A stretch of 64,000 nt of DNA from a candidate division WOR-1 bacterium RIFOXYB2_FULL_37_13 (GTDB taxonomy: Bacteria > Margulisbacteria > WOR-1 > XYC2-FULL-46-14 > XYC2-FULL-37-10). Below the pieces are notes generated by a model, which was not told the origin of the DNA, searched no databases, and was given only the letters and a program-made list of their open reading frames with translations. Positions 9,867 through 21,236 of the stretch are shown one piece after another. The position numbers were made by a program, and so were the translations under genes. The stretch is from NCBI GenBank assembly GCA_001771535.1, contig MEUB01000036.1, forward strand, positions 842 through 64,841. The letters are read 5' to 3'. How positions within the stretch are numbered: position 1 is the stretch's first letter; each line of letters begins with the position of its first letter.

Positions 9867-10148
9867 TTATATAACATTATCAAAATGTCCAGGTGGCTGA
9901 AAAGTTTGAGTCTCTTTTGTTGAAATGTCAGGCGGATTGTAAAAAACATTATCAGCAACTTTAGTAATATTGGGCGATTGCAAGAAAGCCAAAGAAGCGT
10001 CAAATTGAGTTTGTAAGTCTTTCATTGTGCCAAGAAACGTCATGGGAGGCGCTTCTTCCCCGCCAACTTCATTATCAAGATTATTTGGAATTGTTTTCCC
10101 AACATAATCAATACTGTTAAAAGAAACATTATTAATTGCAGGAAACAT
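9867..10148 (-). CDS. Hypothetical protein (93 aa)
   Basis: ORF only, co-directional between fmdB-like and serS. Confidence 0.35.
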   Translation of the reverse strand: MFPAINNVSFNSIDYVGKTIPNNLDNEVGGEEAPPMTFLGTMKDLQTQFDASLAFLQSPNITKVADNVFYNPPDISTKETQTFQPPGHFDNVI

Positions 10149-10220
10149 AATTTCCCTCTTTAGCAGATGGCAATCTATTGAACTATATATTTAATCGGAA
10201 TAAAGAATAATATTCTTGCA

Positions 10221-11498
10221 TCAATAAACAGCAGAAATTGCATCAATGCCAAGATAAGGCTTTAAAATTTGAGGGATAAGAACCGCACCATCTTCTCTTT
10301 GGCAGTTTTCCAAAATTGCCGCAAATGTCCTTCCAACGGCAAGACCTGAACCATTTAAAGTATGAACATATTCAGGCTTTGATCCCGCATCTTTCTTGAA
10401 TTTAATGCCAGCCCGGCGAGCCTGAAAATCCTCAAAATTTGAACAGGATGAAATCTCTCTATATCTTCCCTCAGACGGGAACCATACTTCTATGTCATAT
10501 GTCCTGGCAGAAGAAAAGCCCAAATCTCCCGTACAAAGTTCAACAACTCTGTATGGAAGGTTTAATTTTTGCAAGATCATTTCGGCATTTTTTGTCAAAG
10601 ATTCCAATTCATCGTAAGATTTCGCAGGATCGGTAAATTTCACCAGCTCCACTTTATTAAACTGATGCTGGCGGATTATTCCTTTTGTATCTTTGCCATA
10701 AGAACCGGCTTCTCTTCTGAAACATGGAGAATAAGAACAATATTTTATAGGTAACTTTTTGTAGTCAATAATTTCGTCTCTGTGTAAATTCGTAACAGAA
10801 ACCTCCGCGGTGGGAATAAGATAAAAATCATCGCTGCATTTAAAAAGATCTTCTTCAAATTTGGGTAATTGACCTGTCCCCAGCAAAGAATGCGCCTTGA
10901 CCAAAACCGGAGCCAAAACTTCTTCATAGCCATTTTCTTTGGTATGAACATCAATCATAAAACTAATTAAAGCCCTCTCTAGCGCAGCTCCCAATTTATG
11001 ATAAACAACAAAACGAGCTCCCGACAATTTAACTGCTTCTTTAAAATTAAGGATACCCAAAGCCACGCCTATTTCATCATGAGCTTTTGGTTTAAAAGAA
11101 AAGCTGGGAATATTTCCCCATTTACGAATTTCTTTGTTTGATGATTCATCTTTACCTACAGGCACAGAACTAAAAGGAATATTTGGAATTTGAAAAAGAA
11201 TTTGGTTTAATTCAACTTCAATAGCTCCTAAATCTTCTTCAATTTTCTTTATCTCATCACCTATCAACCTCGTCTTTTCAAGTAAATCATCCGCAGCTTT
11301 CCCCTCCTTCTTCAGTTTGCCTACTTCTTTTGAATTTTCGTTGCGTTGTTTTTTTAAGGTCTCTGCTTTAAAGACTGCTTCCCTCCATTTTTTATCAATA
11401 ACAGCAACCTTGTCTATTAAAGATGTGTCAAATTGGCGATTTTTAAGAGCAGACATTACCTTTTTCGGGTTTTCACGCAAAAGTTTTGAGTCAAGCAT
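10221..11498 (-). CDS. serS: Seryl-tRNA synthetase
   Basis: N-terminal coiled-coil arm ([11 protein letters not shown]), class II motifs; 425 aa. Confidence 0.95.
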   Translation of the reverse strand: MLDSKLLRENPKKVMSALKNRQFDTSLIDKVAVIDKKWREAVFKAETLKKQRNENSKEVGKLKKEGKAADDLLEKTRLIGDEIKKIEEDLGAIEVELNQILFQIPNIPFSSVPVGKDESSNKEIRKWGNIPSFSFKPKAHDEIGVALGILNFKEAVKLSGARFVVYHKLGAALERALISFMIDVHTKENGYEEVLAPVLVKAHSLLGTGQLPKFEEDLFKCSDDFYLIPTAEVSVTNLHRDEIIDYKKLPIKYCSYSPCFRREAGSYGKDTKGIIRQHQFNKVELVKFTDPAKSYDELESLTKNAEMILQKLNLPYRVVELCTGDLGFSSARTYDIEVWFPSEGRYREISSCSNFEDFQARRAGIKFKKDAGSKPEYVHTLNGSGLAVGRTFAAILENCQREDGAVLIPQILKPYLGIDAISAVY

Positions 11499-11540
11499 AA
11501 AAATAGTATACCTTATTGAAAATTCGAGGTCAAAGAAAAT

Positions 11541-12017
11541 TTAAACTTTTTTATGTATCAAGGCAACCGCATATGCGGCGATTCCTTCTTTTTGCCCCGT
11601 AAACCCCATCCCCTCTTCGGTCTTGCCTTTAATATTGATCCTGCTTGTTTCTATTTCAAGAATTCCTGATAAAATTTCACACATTTTAGAAACATAAAGC
11701 TTGAGCTTGGGTTCTTCACAAACAACAGTTGAATCAATGTTGCTTATCATATAACCATTATCACTAATTTTTCTCACAACTGTTGATAACAGCTCAAGGC
11801 TTGAGATATCTTTATACTTTGGATCGGTATCCGGGAAAAAGTCCCCAATACTACCCAAACCCATCGCACCAATTAAAGCATCGATAATAGCATGAGTTAA
11901 AACATCGGCATCGGAATGTCCAAGTAACCCTTTTTTATGAGGGATTTCAACCCCTCCCAAAATAAGTTTGCGGTCATTTACAAGCTTATGAGCATCGTAG
12001 CCTATCCCTATTCGCAT
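11541..12017 (-). CDS. ispF: 2-C-methyl-D-erythritol 2,4-cyclodiphosphate synthase
   Basis: [12 protein letters not shown] ... [11 protein letters not shown] signature. Confidence 0.95.
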   Translation of the reverse strand: MRIGIGYDAHKLVNDRKLILGGVEIPHKKGLLGHSDADVLTHAIIDALIGAMGLGSIGDFFPDTDPKYKDISSLELLSTVVRKISDNGYMISNIDSTVVCEEPKLKLYVSKMCEILSGILEIETSRINIKGKTEEGMGFTGQKEGIAAYAVALIHKKV

Positions 12018-13201
12018 TTAACCCTCACAAATTTTCTTTTACCCACTTGAATCACTTTTTCTGACGTTAAATCAATAACGGTTTTTTCATCGTTTAAAAC
12101 TTTTTCGGAAACTTTTACCCCACCTTGTTTTATAAGGCGCTTAGCTTCACCATTTGATTCAGCCAATCCCGATTCTACGATAATTTTCACAATATCAATA
12201 TTTTTCTCTTTAAACGTCTTCAAAACAATATCCGTCGGCAAATTTTTATTAGAAAATACTTTCTCAAATTCTTTTTGAGCTTTTGTCGCATCATTTTCAG
12301 AATAGAACCTTGCAACAATTATTTTCGCAAGACGTTTCTTTGCTTCCATGGGATGCATTGTTTTAACTTCATCCAAAGAGATATCTGTTAAAAGTTCATA
12401 ATATTTAAGCATTAGTGTATCCGATATAGAAAGCACCTTTCCAAAAATTTCGGAAGGCGGCTCTGTGACTCCAATGTAGTTACCTAGCGATTTGCTCATT
12501 TTCTGAACACCGTCTAATCCCTCAAGAATTGGCATTGTTAAAACAACTTGAGATTTTTTGCCATATTCTCTTTGAAGCTGCCTGCCAACAATCATATTAA
12601 ACTTTTGGTCAGTACCACCAACTTCAACATCAGCATCAAGGACAACGGAATCATATCCTTGCATAAGCGGGTAACTAAATTCATGAACAGCTATCGATTG
12701 TTCGTTTTTGAATCTTTTTTCAAAATCGTCCCTTTCAAGCATTCTCGCGACAGTATATTTGCTTGAAAGCTTGATTGAATCTTCAAAGCTCATTTTTTTG
12801 AACCATTCACTATTGTAAACAACTTTTGTTTTTGATTTGTCTAGTATTTTAAAAACTTGAGACTGATAAGTTTTCGCGTTTTTTTCTATATCTTCTTTTG
12901 ATAAAGGCTTTCTTGTCTCAGATTTTCCGGTAGGATCTCCTATCATCGCGGTAAAATCACCGATTAAAAAAACAACTTCATGACCTAAGTCTTGGAATTG
13001 TTTTAGTTTATTTAAAACAACTGTATGGCCCAAATGAATATCAGGAGCAGAAGGATCGGCACCAAACTTTATACGAAGCGGTCTGTTTTCTTTGAGCTTT
13101 TCTACAAGCGCATTTTCCGGGATAAGCTCAACAATCCCCTTTTTTATTATTTTTAATTGACTATCAATTGAATGTTTCATTAAACTTTTAAATTTTAACA
13201 T
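12008..13201 (-). CDS. tyrS: Tyrosyl-tRNA synthetase
   Basis: HLGH (HIGH-type) and KMSKS motifs, C-terminal S4 domain. Confidence 0.95.
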   Translation of the reverse strand: MLKFKSLMKHSIDSQLKIIKKGIVELIPENALVEKLKENRPLRIKFGADPSAPDIHLGHTVVLNKLKQFQDLGHEVVFLIGDFTAMIGDPTGKSETRKPLSKEDIEKNAKTYQSQVFKILDKSKTKVVYNSEWFKKMSFEDSIKLSSKYTVARMLERDDFEKRFKNEQSIAVHEFSYPLMQGYDSVVLDADVEVGGTDQKFNMIVGRQLQREYGKKSQVVLTMPILEGLDGVQKMSKSLGNYIGVTEPPSEIFGKVLSISDTLMLKYYELLTDISLDEVKTMHPMEAKKRLAKIIVARFYSENDATKAQKEFEKVFSNKNLPTDIVLKTFKEKNIDIVKIIVESGLAESNGEAKRLIKQGGVKVSEKVLNDEKTVIDLTSEKVIQVGKRKFVRVKCE

Positions 13202-13239
13202 ATTTAATGAAAGAAATAAAAGATATCATTTATTTATAA

Positions 13240-16200
13240 CTAAAGGTTAATTTCAACATTGCCGGATAATTCAGAAGTTTTATAGCTCGGAAAGGTACTG
13301 ATTTCCGATTCAGCGCGAACTGCTACATGCAAAAAACTGTAAAAATCATACTTCCCCCTCAAGCTTAAATTAGTCTTTTCGGAATTTGTTCCGACATAAG
13401 ATTTGGCATATGAATAGTTTCCATCCAACCTGAATTGCCCCGGCAAAGAAAAGGTAAATCCGGCACCTGGAGCAAGAGTATATGTGTCTCTATTATCCGC
13501 AAGCAGAAAATTTGTAAGTTGTGAATAAGAATAAGAAGCATTTAATGCCAAAAAACTATTAATATTTAATATCCCTTTAAGGGATATCGTTTGAGTTAAC
13601 AGATTTTGGGCATTATCGAAAGATTCTTCCGTCCCTGTTTTTGAAATCTGGTAAGAGTAATTGCTGTCAATAGCAAATTTTTCGGTAAGGGGGGTTTTGA
13701 TTACCGCGGTTAGTCCCCTGTTTTGGATATTATTTTTTTGATAAGCCGCCGCCTCTGAAGTGGAAGTTAGTATCAAGGAAACCCTATCTTCTTTTGTATA
13801 GTCAAATTCACAGGAAAGAAAATTAAGAGGGGCTGTTTTTATTGAATAAATCGCGGTAGTTGAGTCTTCCACGTTTTGGTTCCTTAAATAGGAAGGGAAA
13901 TCGGTCTTATCAATATTAAAACCGTTTACCGTTTGCAAAGAATAACCTAAAACAGTCGAATTAAATATAAACCAATTAGACTCAATTTGATTGGTCAAAT
14001 TGCTGTAAGCTGGCCTTTGTGTCCTAGTTAATAAAGTCATATTGGGTCTGTAATAATATCGCAGCCTCAAATTACTGAAAGGATTTATCTCAAAACGCAA
14101 AGAACCTTCTTCTTTGCGAACTCCTTCCTCTGTCACTCCAAATGTCTCTTTTAAAGAACTTACCGCATATTGTCCGTCTGTTTTTAAAAATCCAAACAAT
14201 TGCGCCTTATAAGAAAAATCACTGACTTGCGTTATTCCATCTTTTGTATCATCAATATAGTTCAAAGAACCCGCAAGCATGTATTCCCTCGTGGGGGAAG
14301 CCGATAATTTCAAGATATATGTCTTTTTATAGGAATCATTATCATTAAAGGTGCCATCTGTCTCTCTTAATTCCACATTACCGGAGGCCAAGAATTTTTC
14401 CTGAGGTGCTAAAGATATTCCCGCATTTAAAGTTTTGTAAACAATAGTTTCTTCAGTCGGAGTTCTGCTAAGCCTCTTTTCTTTATCTCCCGTTACAGCG
14501 GCTTGAAATATTCCCATATCATGCCTTATTTGCAAAGAATCTTTAATCGTTAAACGATCGATCGGGGTTCCTGAAACAGGATCATTGCTTTCCAGTATTT
14601 CCTTGTAAATATATTCAAAAGAAGGATATGCGGGTTGGGAAAGCCTTACCCTTCCCATCTTATCAACTGTCTTATACCTTGTTTCTTCCTGCAAATAATC
14701 TGAGTTGGAAAACGAGCCTTCCGCCAGCAACACAGAATTAGGCTGAAAACTGAGCAAAGTTAAATATTCCGTTAAATCCTGCCTTGGCTTAGCATCTCCA
14801 ACTGCGGCAAAATTCAATCCTACTCTTTTGAATTTTCCTCTAAGATTAAAAGGGCCAAAGGCAGACACAGCATCAAGTTTTGCGGCGCGCCCAATATCTT
14901 TTAAGTCCGGATCTGATAGTAATTTATTTTTCTTCTGAGAATATGCGACCTCTCCCTGCATATTAATTAAATCCTGATAAGCAAAAGCACCATCCGCCCC
15001 AATAATTAAATGGCTTTGAGGCTCTATGGACGCGCTTTGAGCAATATTTGCGGCATTATTTAAGCTATCCAGATCATTTATGTATGTTGCTCCGATTTTA
15101 AGGTTGGGCAAAGGATAAAGTTTTCCGCGAAGAGCATAAGTTGAATGCTGATAAATAGTCTCCCTAAAATCATAATGTATGCTTATGATCGACTCTTTCG
15201 GAATTGTTTTATTTTTAAAGGTTATAGTTCCTGCCTGATAATCTATATCATAATCATTTCCTCGTTTTTGTGAAATGCCGTTAACTTCAACTCTTTCCGA
15301 ATCTATAACAACAGGGAAAAAACCGAGATTATAAGGGCCTTGAGTTCCATTGCCATACATCTTTATAAATTTGGATTCACCTTTTGGAGCAGCGGCAAGC
15401 ATTTTAAATCCCCATTTGTCATATTCACCCTCAACCCTGACACCGGACAAAACATTATTAATAGAAGAAAATTCAAGATCATCCATTTTCGGAGTATAAT
15501 TGCCAAGGTATGCTTCTGTTGACCCATTCTTTAACAAAATACTGACATTTTCTTCTCTTGAAGAGACTTCGTTAATGCCTAAAACTGAAGAAGAAAAAAA
15601 GGTCGCATCTATATCGGTGTCCTGCAATTTGCCGGCGATGCTGACGCGCAAAGATTCTTCACGGCTAACTCCGGGCAAAAACCCTTCTTTTGTCCCTTCA
15701 ATGTTTTTTGACGAGAAAGAAAAAACACGGTCTCCGCTAATAAGTAATGGAGAAGAACCCTGTTGCGTCAAAGTCTCACTTTCTTTTTCCTTTAAAGTAA
15801 AAAGCGTTGGTTGCCCTTCTATTTGAGACTTTTTTGATAAAGTATCTGACAGAACAGATTCTTCCGGCCCAAAAACCGACATAACATCTTTTACTGTTAC
15901 CTCATCCTCCTTTTTTGCTCCCGATTTGAGAACCTCTTTTATTTCAGTATCAATAGGGAACGCACGATACCACATTTTTCCGACAAAAAGCTTTTCTGCC
16001 TTTTTAGAAGGAGATGGAATGCTAAAAAATTGAAGGAATTTATTATAAGCTGATATATTTTCGATTTCTGTCTTGTATTTGATATGGATAGATAAAAGCC
16101 TCCATCCATAAGGAGGTTTTTTGCTGGCAACAAACTTTCCAACCCATTTTTTGCCTTTTTCCTCGAGTTTTATTTTTTCTCCATTACTTAAGGATAGCCA

Positions 16201-16443
16201 AACTTCATTGGCAGCCAAATCGGTTGCAACCCTAACCTGTGTCTCCTGTCCAATAATAAGAGGATAAACAGGTTGAAAGTTTATTGAAAAGTGAGAAGAG
16301 GAATATTCTTCTTTAAAAGGAATATCCCTAAGGTCGGCAAAAGCAAATGAGCCGCATAAAAGGACAAAAAAACCCGTCAATAAGGCCTTTTTTAAAACTC
16401 TTATAATTACACAACTATTTATTGAAAATAAACTACTGGTCAT
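13240..16443 (-). CDS. Large secreted/outer-membrane-associated protein (1067 aa), unknown family
   Basis: N-terminal signal peptide (LLTGFFVLLCGSFAFA), beta-rich Y/S/T/N composition. Confidence 0.65.
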   Translation of the reverse strand: MTSSLFSINSCVIIRVLKKALLTGFFVLLCGSFAFADLRDIPFKEEYSSSHFSINFQPVYPLIIGQETQVRVATDLAANEVWLSLSNGEKIKLEEKGKKWVGKFVASKKPPYGWRLLSIHIKYKTEIENISAYNKFLQFFSIPSPSKKAEKLFVGKMWYRAFPIDTEIKEVLKSGAKKEDEVTVKDVMSVFGPEESVLSDTLSKKSQIEGQPTLFTLKEKESETLTQQGSSPLLISGDRVFSFSSKNIEGTKEGFLPGVSREESLRVSIAGKLQDTDIDATFFSSSVLGINEVSSREENVSILLKNGSTEAYLGNYTPKMDDLEFSSINNVLSGVRVEGEYDKWGFKMLAAAPKGESKFIKMYGNGTQGPYNLGFFPVVIDSERVEVNGISQKRGNDYDIDYQAGTITFKNKTIPKESIISIHYDFRETIYQHSTYALRGKLYPLPNLKIGATYINDLDSLNNAANIAQSASIEPQSHLIIGADGAFAYQDLINMQGEVAYSQKKNKLLSDPDLKDIGRAAKLDAVSAFGPFNLRGKFKRVGLNFAAVGDAKPRQDLTEYLTLLSFQPNSVLLAEGSFSNSDYLQEETRYKTVDKMGRVRLSQPAYPSFEYIYKEILESNDPVSGTPIDRLTIKDSLQIRHDMGIFQAAVTGDKEKRLSRTPTEETIVYKTLNAGISLAPQEKFLASGNVELRETDGTFNDNDSYKKTYILKLSASPTREYMLAGSLNYIDDTKDGITQVSDFSYKAQLFGFLKTDGQYAVSSLKETFGVTEEGVRKEEGSLRFEINPFSNLRLRYYYRPNMTLLTRTQRPAYSNLTNQIESNWFIFNSTVLGYSLQTVNGFNIDKTDFPSYLRNQNVEDSTTAIYSIKTAPLNFLSCEFDYTKEDRVSLILTSTSEAAAYQKNNIQNRGLTAVIKTPLTEKFAIDSNYSYQISKTGTEESFDNAQNLLTQTISLKGILNINSFLALNASYSYSQLTNFLLADNRDTYTLAPGAGFTFSLPGQFRLDGNYSYAKSYVGTNSEKTNLSLRGKYDFYSFLHVAVRAESEISTFPSYKTSELSGNVEINL

Positions 16444-16475
16444 TTAAAACATGATGTGGTTTTTATTTGGATCAG

Positions 16476-17468
16476 TTAATTATCAGAAGAAAAAATCTTT
16501 AATTTCACTATTCTTTGGTTGTCTGTATCAGCAATATAAATTTCACCGTTTTTGGAAACAGTAATTCCTGTCGGGTTATTAAGCTCCCCTTTTTTATATC
16601 CACGCGCGCCAAAGGAATATAAAAATCTGCCCATTTTATCAAACATCTGCACGCGGTTATTTCTGGAATCAGCAACATAAATATATTTATTGTCTATTGC
16701 GATTCCCTTGGGAGCGTTAAATTCCCCCTTCTCTTTTCCAGCCTTTCCAAAAGAAAAAACGGGCTTCCCATATTCGTCAATTTTTTGGATCCTGTTATTC
16801 CCAGTATCTACAACATAGATTGATCCATCTTGGTCAACAACCACATCAAAGGGGGAATCAAAAAAACCATCACCCCGCCCAAAGCCTCCTATAACTTCTA
16901 CAAAATTCCCCATACTGTCAAATTTTTGGATCCTGTCATTGCCTGAATCAGCAACATAAACATGTCCTGAAGTATCAAGTGCCAACCCTTTTGGATAGAT
17001 AAATTGGCCGTTTTGCTTGCCATAATCGCCAAATTCAAGAACAGGGTTTCCCCTTATATCAAATTTTTGGATCCTGTTGTTTTCCTGATCTGCCACATAA
17101 ATGTAAAAATTGAAATCCACAACAATACCTGACGGGATATTAAATTGGCCGCTTGACGAGCCAAACTTGCCAAATTGATAAGAGAAAATGCCATTACGCT
17201 GCAGTCTTTGAATCCGATTATTGCCTGTGTCTGCGACAAAAAGATCCCCGAGCTGAGTCTCAATATCTCCAACAAAAGAGATATAAACATCCTGCGGAAA
17301 ATAGAATTGTCCGTCTCCTGATCCGGGAAAACCGATTTCATCCACATAAACAATCTCTACCTTATCAGTATGAGACAACGTTGCATTATCCAAAGTGGGT
17401 GCAATACCAAGAGAATATACAGGTAAAACCAAAAAACTCATGAAAATAAAAGCAAACAGATTTCTCAT
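16476..17468 (-). CDS. NHL-repeat beta-propeller protein, secreted
   Basis: Signal peptide; six repeats with the DxxNNRIQKF motif typical of NHL blades. Confidence 0.8.
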   Translation of the reverse strand: MRNLFAFIFMSFLVLPVYSLGIAPTLDNATLSHTDKVEIVYVDEIGFPGSGDGQFYFPQDVYISFVGDIETQLGDLFVADTGNNRIQRLQRNGIFSYQFGKFGSSSGQFNIPSGIVVDFNFYIYVADQENNRIQKFDIRGNPVLEFGDYGKQNGQFIYPKGLALDTSGHVYVADSGNDRIQKFDSMGNFVEVIGGFGRGDGFFDSPFDVVVDQDGSIYVVDTGNNRIQKIDEYGKPVFSFGKAGKEKGEFNAPKGIAIDNKYIYVADSRNNRVQMFDKMGRFLYSFGARGYKKGELNNPTGITVSKNGEIYIADTDNQRIVKLKIFSSDN

Positions 17469-17512
17469 TAACGTTATTTTACCTCTTATGACAGGAAGGT
17501 TGCAACAACATA

Positions 17513-17800
17513 TTATAGGCAGCAGAGGGCGGTAGAAACAGCGCCTTCAATTGAATTAAAAAAACTTTTCAATAAAGGTTTTATATGCGGTTCAGTTTTG
17601 AATTCAGAAAAAATGAAAATATGCTCTTTAAGTTCTAATATAACAGATCTGGCATCTTCCGCGGAATGAGTAATTGATATTTTTGATATTTCTGTAATAA
17701 CCCTATCTTCCAATTCAAACAAATGTTCGGGTTTACTTATTTTAAGCTCTTTTAAAAACTTTACAAACCCTTCTGTCAAACTCTTGTTTTTGGAATTCAT
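17513..17800 (-). CDS. Hypothetical protein (95 aa)
   Basis: ORF only. Confidence 0.35.
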   Translation of the reverse strand: MNSKNKSLTEGFVKFLKELKISKPEHLFELEDRVITEISKISITHSAEDARSVILELKEHIFIFSEFKTEPHIKPLLKSFFNSIEGAVSTALCCL

Positions 17801-17862
17801 AATTCTCTCCTTGTTTCCTACATATATATCGTAAAAAACAAGCGAGAATTTCGGTTTTTTTA

Positions 17863-19215
17863 TTACTCAATACACGGAAGATTTTTTAGTGCCTCTTCAA
17901 CGCTTTCTTTAGGATATTCGTAATCTGTTAGTTTCCCTGAAAGATAGGCTTCATAAGAAGCAAGGTCAAAGTTTCCATGACCTGATAAATTAAATACAAT
18001 AACCTTTTCGCCTCCGGTTTTTGCTTCCTCAATTGCCGCCTTAATAGCATGACTGCTTTCAGGCGCAGGGAGGATTCCTTCCGCTTTTGCAAAAAGCACG
18101 GCCGCTTCAAAACATTCTGTTTGATGATAAGCTTTTGCTTCAACTATTTTGTCTTTTACTAAATTTGCAAGAAGCGGAGCTGTTCCATGATAACGAAGTC
18201 CCCCTGCATGAATTCCAGGAGGCATAAAAGAATGTCCAAGAGTATACATTTTAACAAGAGGGGTCAGCCCTACCGTATCACCAAAATCATATCTAAAGTC
18301 TCCCTTTGTAAGACTTGGGCAGGACATCGGTTCTACTGCTATAAGTTTCATGTCAGGATTCGCATATTTATCTTTTAAAAAAGGAAGAGCAATCCCTGCA
18401 AAGTTAGAGCCTCCACCAACACAGGCAATTATAGCGTCCACTTTCTTTTCGCCTGCAAGCTTAAGTTGTTCTTTGGTTTCCAACCCAATTACGGTTTGAT
18501 GAAGCAATACATGATTTAAAACGCTTCCAAGAGTATATTTGGCGCTAGGATCAGAGACCGCGACTTCAACAGCTTCTGATATAGCAATGCCCAAACTTCC
18601 CAAAGAATTTGCGTCAGCTTCAAGGATTTTTCTTCCCGAATTTGTAAGATTTGAAGGAGATGCATGAACGGTAGCCCCCCACACTTGCATTAAATTCTTA
18701 CGATAAGGCTTTTGCTGATAGCTTACCTTTACCATAAAAACTTCGCAAACAAGTCCGAAAATATTACAGGCAAAAGATAACGCAGAACCCCACTGTCCTG
18801 CACCTGTTTCAGTTGTTAATTTTTTTACGCCTTCCTGCTTATTGTAATAGGCTTGAGGAATTGCCGTGTTAACTTTATGCGAACCCGCAGGAGAAAGACT
18901 TTCGTTTTTATAGTAAATGCGTGCTTTGGTCTTTAATGCCTTTTCCAAATTATATGCGCGATGAAGAGGAGACGGTCTCCATAGTTTATAAATTTCGAGA
19001 ACATCATTAGGAATTTCAATCCAAGGTTCGGGAGACATCTCCTGTTTTATAAGCTCCATGGGAAATAGCAGTGCCAAATCCGCAGGTCCTATTGGCTGAT
19101 GTGTCCCTGGATGAAGCGGAGGCGCAAGAGGAGTTTTTAAATCCGGCAGTGCGTTATACCATCTTTTTGGAATCTCATCCTCACGAAGCACTATTCTATA
19201 TTTATCTGACATCAT
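17863..19215 (-). CDS. trpB: Tryptophan synthase beta chain, TrpB2-type
   Basis: EIPKRWYN N-terminal motif characteristic of TrpB2, PLP-enzyme GGGSN motif; start moved to ATGATG at 19215 (AAGGGGGA RBS) rather than 19278, which lies in the heptamer repeat. Confidence 0.85.
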   Translation of the reverse strand: MMSDKYRIVLREDEIPKRWYNALPDLKTPLAPPLHPGTHQPIGPADLALLFPMELIKQEMSPEPWIEIPNDVLEIYKLWRPSPLHRAYNLEKALKTKARIYYKNESLSPAGSHKVNTAIPQAYYNKQEGVKKLTTETGAGQWGSALSFACNIFGLVCEVFMVKVSYQQKPYRKNLMQVWGATVHASPSNLTNSGRKILEADANSLGSLGIAISEAVEVAVSDPSAKYTLGSVLNHVLLHQTVIGLETKEQLKLAGEKKVDAIIACVGGGSNFAGIALPFLKDKYANPDMKLIAVEPMSCPSLTKGDFRYDFGDTVGLTPLVKMYTLGHSFMPPGIHAGGLRYHGTAPLLANLVKDKIVEAKAYHQTECFEAAVLFAKAEGILPAPESSHAIKAAIEEAKTGGEKVIVFNLSGHGNFDLASYEAYLSGKLTDYEYPKESVEEALKNLPCIE

Positions 19216-19237
19216 GTCCCCCTTTAAAAAAATACAT

Positions 19238-20038
19238 TCATTGGAAATTGGACATTGGAAATTGGAAATTGTTCCCAAACATCTCTCTCATCTTACCCAA
19301 TACATCTTCACTTTTCAACAAGCTCTCCCCTATTAGGACGGCAGAAAAGCCGGCAGACTTGAGTTCGTCTATTTGAGATTTCTCGCTTATACCGCTTTCA
19401 GAGACCAAAATCCTTGATTTGAGTTCTGGGAATTTATCCAGCAATTTTAAAGAATTATTAAAATCGACTTTTAGAGTATCAAGGTTCCTGTTGTTTATTC
19501 CTACAATATCACAATTTAAAGACAATGCTTTTTCAATATCATATTCATCGTGAGTTTCAAGAAGGACTTGGAGCCCAAGCTCTTTAGCTTTTTCAAGGAA
19601 TCTTGAAAGATCAGGCAATTCTAAAATCCTAGCAATAAGCAGAATTGCATCAGCCCCTGCAATGCGCGATTCTGTTATTTGAAGTTCATCTATTATAAAA
19701 TCTTTGCGGAAAACAGGAAGTTTTACCGCGGCTCTTACCTGTTTTAGAAAGCCTATTTCACCTTGAAAATATGTTTTGTCGGTAAGAACAGATATTGCAA
19801 AGGCACCTGAAGATTCGTACTGTTTGGCAATTGAAACGGGATCAAAGTTTTTGACAATAATACCAGCGGAAGGAGAGGCTTTTTTGATTTCGGCAATAAG
19901 GGAAATTTTATTTTCTTGATTGATGGAAGACTTAAAGTCCCGCAAGTTAGGATCAAACTCCGTCTTAGCTGTTGCCAATCTTTCTTTTAAAGCTTCGATC
20001 TCTTTTCTTTTAGTTAAAATTATTTCATCGAGGATCAT
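19238..20038 (-). CDS. trpC: Indole-3-glycerol phosphate synthase
   Basis: TIM-barrel IGPS motifs ([21 protein letters not shown]); stop codon lies inside the heptamer repeat. Confidence 0.9.
   Translation of the reverse strand: MILDEIILTKRKEIEALKERLATAKTEFDPNLRDFKSSINQENKISLIAEIKKASPSAGIIVKNFDPVSIAKQYESSGAFAISVLTDKTYFQGEIGFLKQVRAAVKLPVFRKDFIIDELQITESRIAGADAILLIARILELPDLSRFLEKAKELGLQVLLETHDEYDIEKALSLNCDIVGINNRNLDTLKVDFNNSLKLLDKFPELKSRILVSESGISEKSQIDELKSAGFSAVLIGESLLKSEDVLGKMREMFGNNFQFPMSNFQ
19239..19275. repeat. Heptanucleotide tandem repeat, (TCCAATK)n on the minus strand, ~5 units
   Basis: Read directly: cattggaaattggacattggaaattggaaattg; translated as [11 protein letters not shown]-stop at the trpC C-terminus. 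Confidence 0.8.
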
Positions 20039-20111
20039 TTAAGGCTATTATAATCAACTTCTTAGCTTGCGTCCATCTCTTATGAAGTTTATAATATATT
20101 AGAGGTGTTTT

Positions 20112-20477
20112 ATGTCAACTTTAGCAGATTATAAAAAGTTTTGGTCAAGAAAATTCAAAGAAGACGAAAAAGCAAAAAAGAAGAAAATAAAACTTTTTAA
20201 GCAGCTTGCATCTGATGCAGCAAATATTTTAATAAAAGATTTTAAAGCCAAAAAGGTTTATCTCTTTGGATCAACTTTGGATGAAAAAATCTTTCATGAA
20301 AAATCAGACATAGATTTGGCAGTTGAAGGATTAAATCCTAAAATACATTTTTCCGCATTATCTGAAATAAAAAAACTGCTTTTTAAAAAAGCAAATGTAG
20401 ATCTTGTCCCTATGGAAGATGCATCGGAAGCACTTAAAGCATTAATTTTCAAAAAGGGAGAAATCTTATATGGCTAA
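20112..20477 (+). CDS. Minimal nucleotidyltransferase (MNT), TA antitoxin-type
   Basis: LFGSxxxxxxxxxSDIDLAV pol-beta-superfamily NTase motif; 121 aa. Confidence 0.7.
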   Translation: MSTLADYKKFWSRKFKEDEKAKKKKIKLFKQLASDAANILIKDFKAKKVYLFGSTLDEKIFHEKSDIDLAVEGLNPKIHFSALSEIKKLLFKKANVDLVPMEDASEALKALIFKKGEILYG

Positions 20478-20943
20478 ATTTGAAGGACTGATTATAGATA
20501 TAGATTTAGAACTTCAAAATCTTGATCGATTAACTATGGAGCTTGGTCAAACAACACAAGAGATAAAAGAGATTCCGGATTATACGCAGATAAGAGCTAT
20601 TGGCAGTATTTTACATGATTTTTATACAGGACTTGAGAAAATTTTTGAAAGAATCGCGTTAACCATAGATGGAGGAGTTCCTGAAGGTGATGATTGGCAT
20701 ATTCAACTTTTACGCCGAATGCTTGCCAATATTCCAGACCGCAGACCTGCCTTATTTACAAAAAATGTTGGAGAGTCTTTAGGCGAATATCTTAGCTTTA
20801 GACATCTTTTTAGAAATATTTATGGTTTTGAATTAAAATGGGAGCGTATGAGTCCTCTTGTTGAAAAATTCCCTTCTGTTTTCAAAGAAGTTGAATCTCA
20901 ACTTATGAAGTTTATAAACTTCATATCAGAAATACAAAATTAA
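20470..20943 (+). CDS. HEPN-like / nucleotidyltransferase substrate-binding (HI0074-like) partner protein
   Basis: 8-nt overlap with the MNT gene, size and helical character fit HEPN partners; motif not confirmed. Confidence 0.45.
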   Translation: MAKFEGLIIDIDLELQNLDRLTMELGQTTQEIKEIPDYTQIRAIGSILHDFYTGLEKIFERIALTIDGGVPEGDDWHIQLLRRMLANIPDRRPALFTKNVGESLGEYLSFRHLFRNIYGFELKWERMSPLVEKFPSVFKEVESQLMKFINFISEIQN

Positions 20944-20984
20944 GTATAAGAATCCTCATTCACTTAATACCTTTTTTAAAAAAT

Positions 20985-21075
20985 AACCTGAAATTTTTCA
21001 AAAACCATCATGATACTCTCACAAGTTAGGGAGGAAGGGGCCAAGAGGAAAAGAAATCAAGGAGGGAACAATGAC
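20985..21075 (+). repeat. Copy A of a ~90-bp duplicated 5' region (paralogous to 25950-26040), followed by a truncated 27-codon ORF
   Basis: ~85% identity to the sequence preceding the 26028 gene, including AAGGAG(G) RBS and an ATG-ACA start. Confidence 0.6.
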
Positions 21076-21236
21076 AAAGCCTGTAACAAAAACATCAAGA
21101 CCTAACCAAAGAACTCAAAGATGGCACAAGGAAAACCATAAAATGTTTTAGGTTGGAGAATGTAGAAATATGGGGGATGAAGAGGACTGCCGTTATGTAT
21201 TTTAGCGAAGCATTATATGACGGGCAGGTAAGGGGA

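Noticed and set aside
9867-10148. Considered dropping the 93-aa ORF as noise
   Set aside because: Not rejected outright. It is kept at low confidence because it is co-directional and fills an otherwise empty 380-bp gap between fmdB-like and serS.
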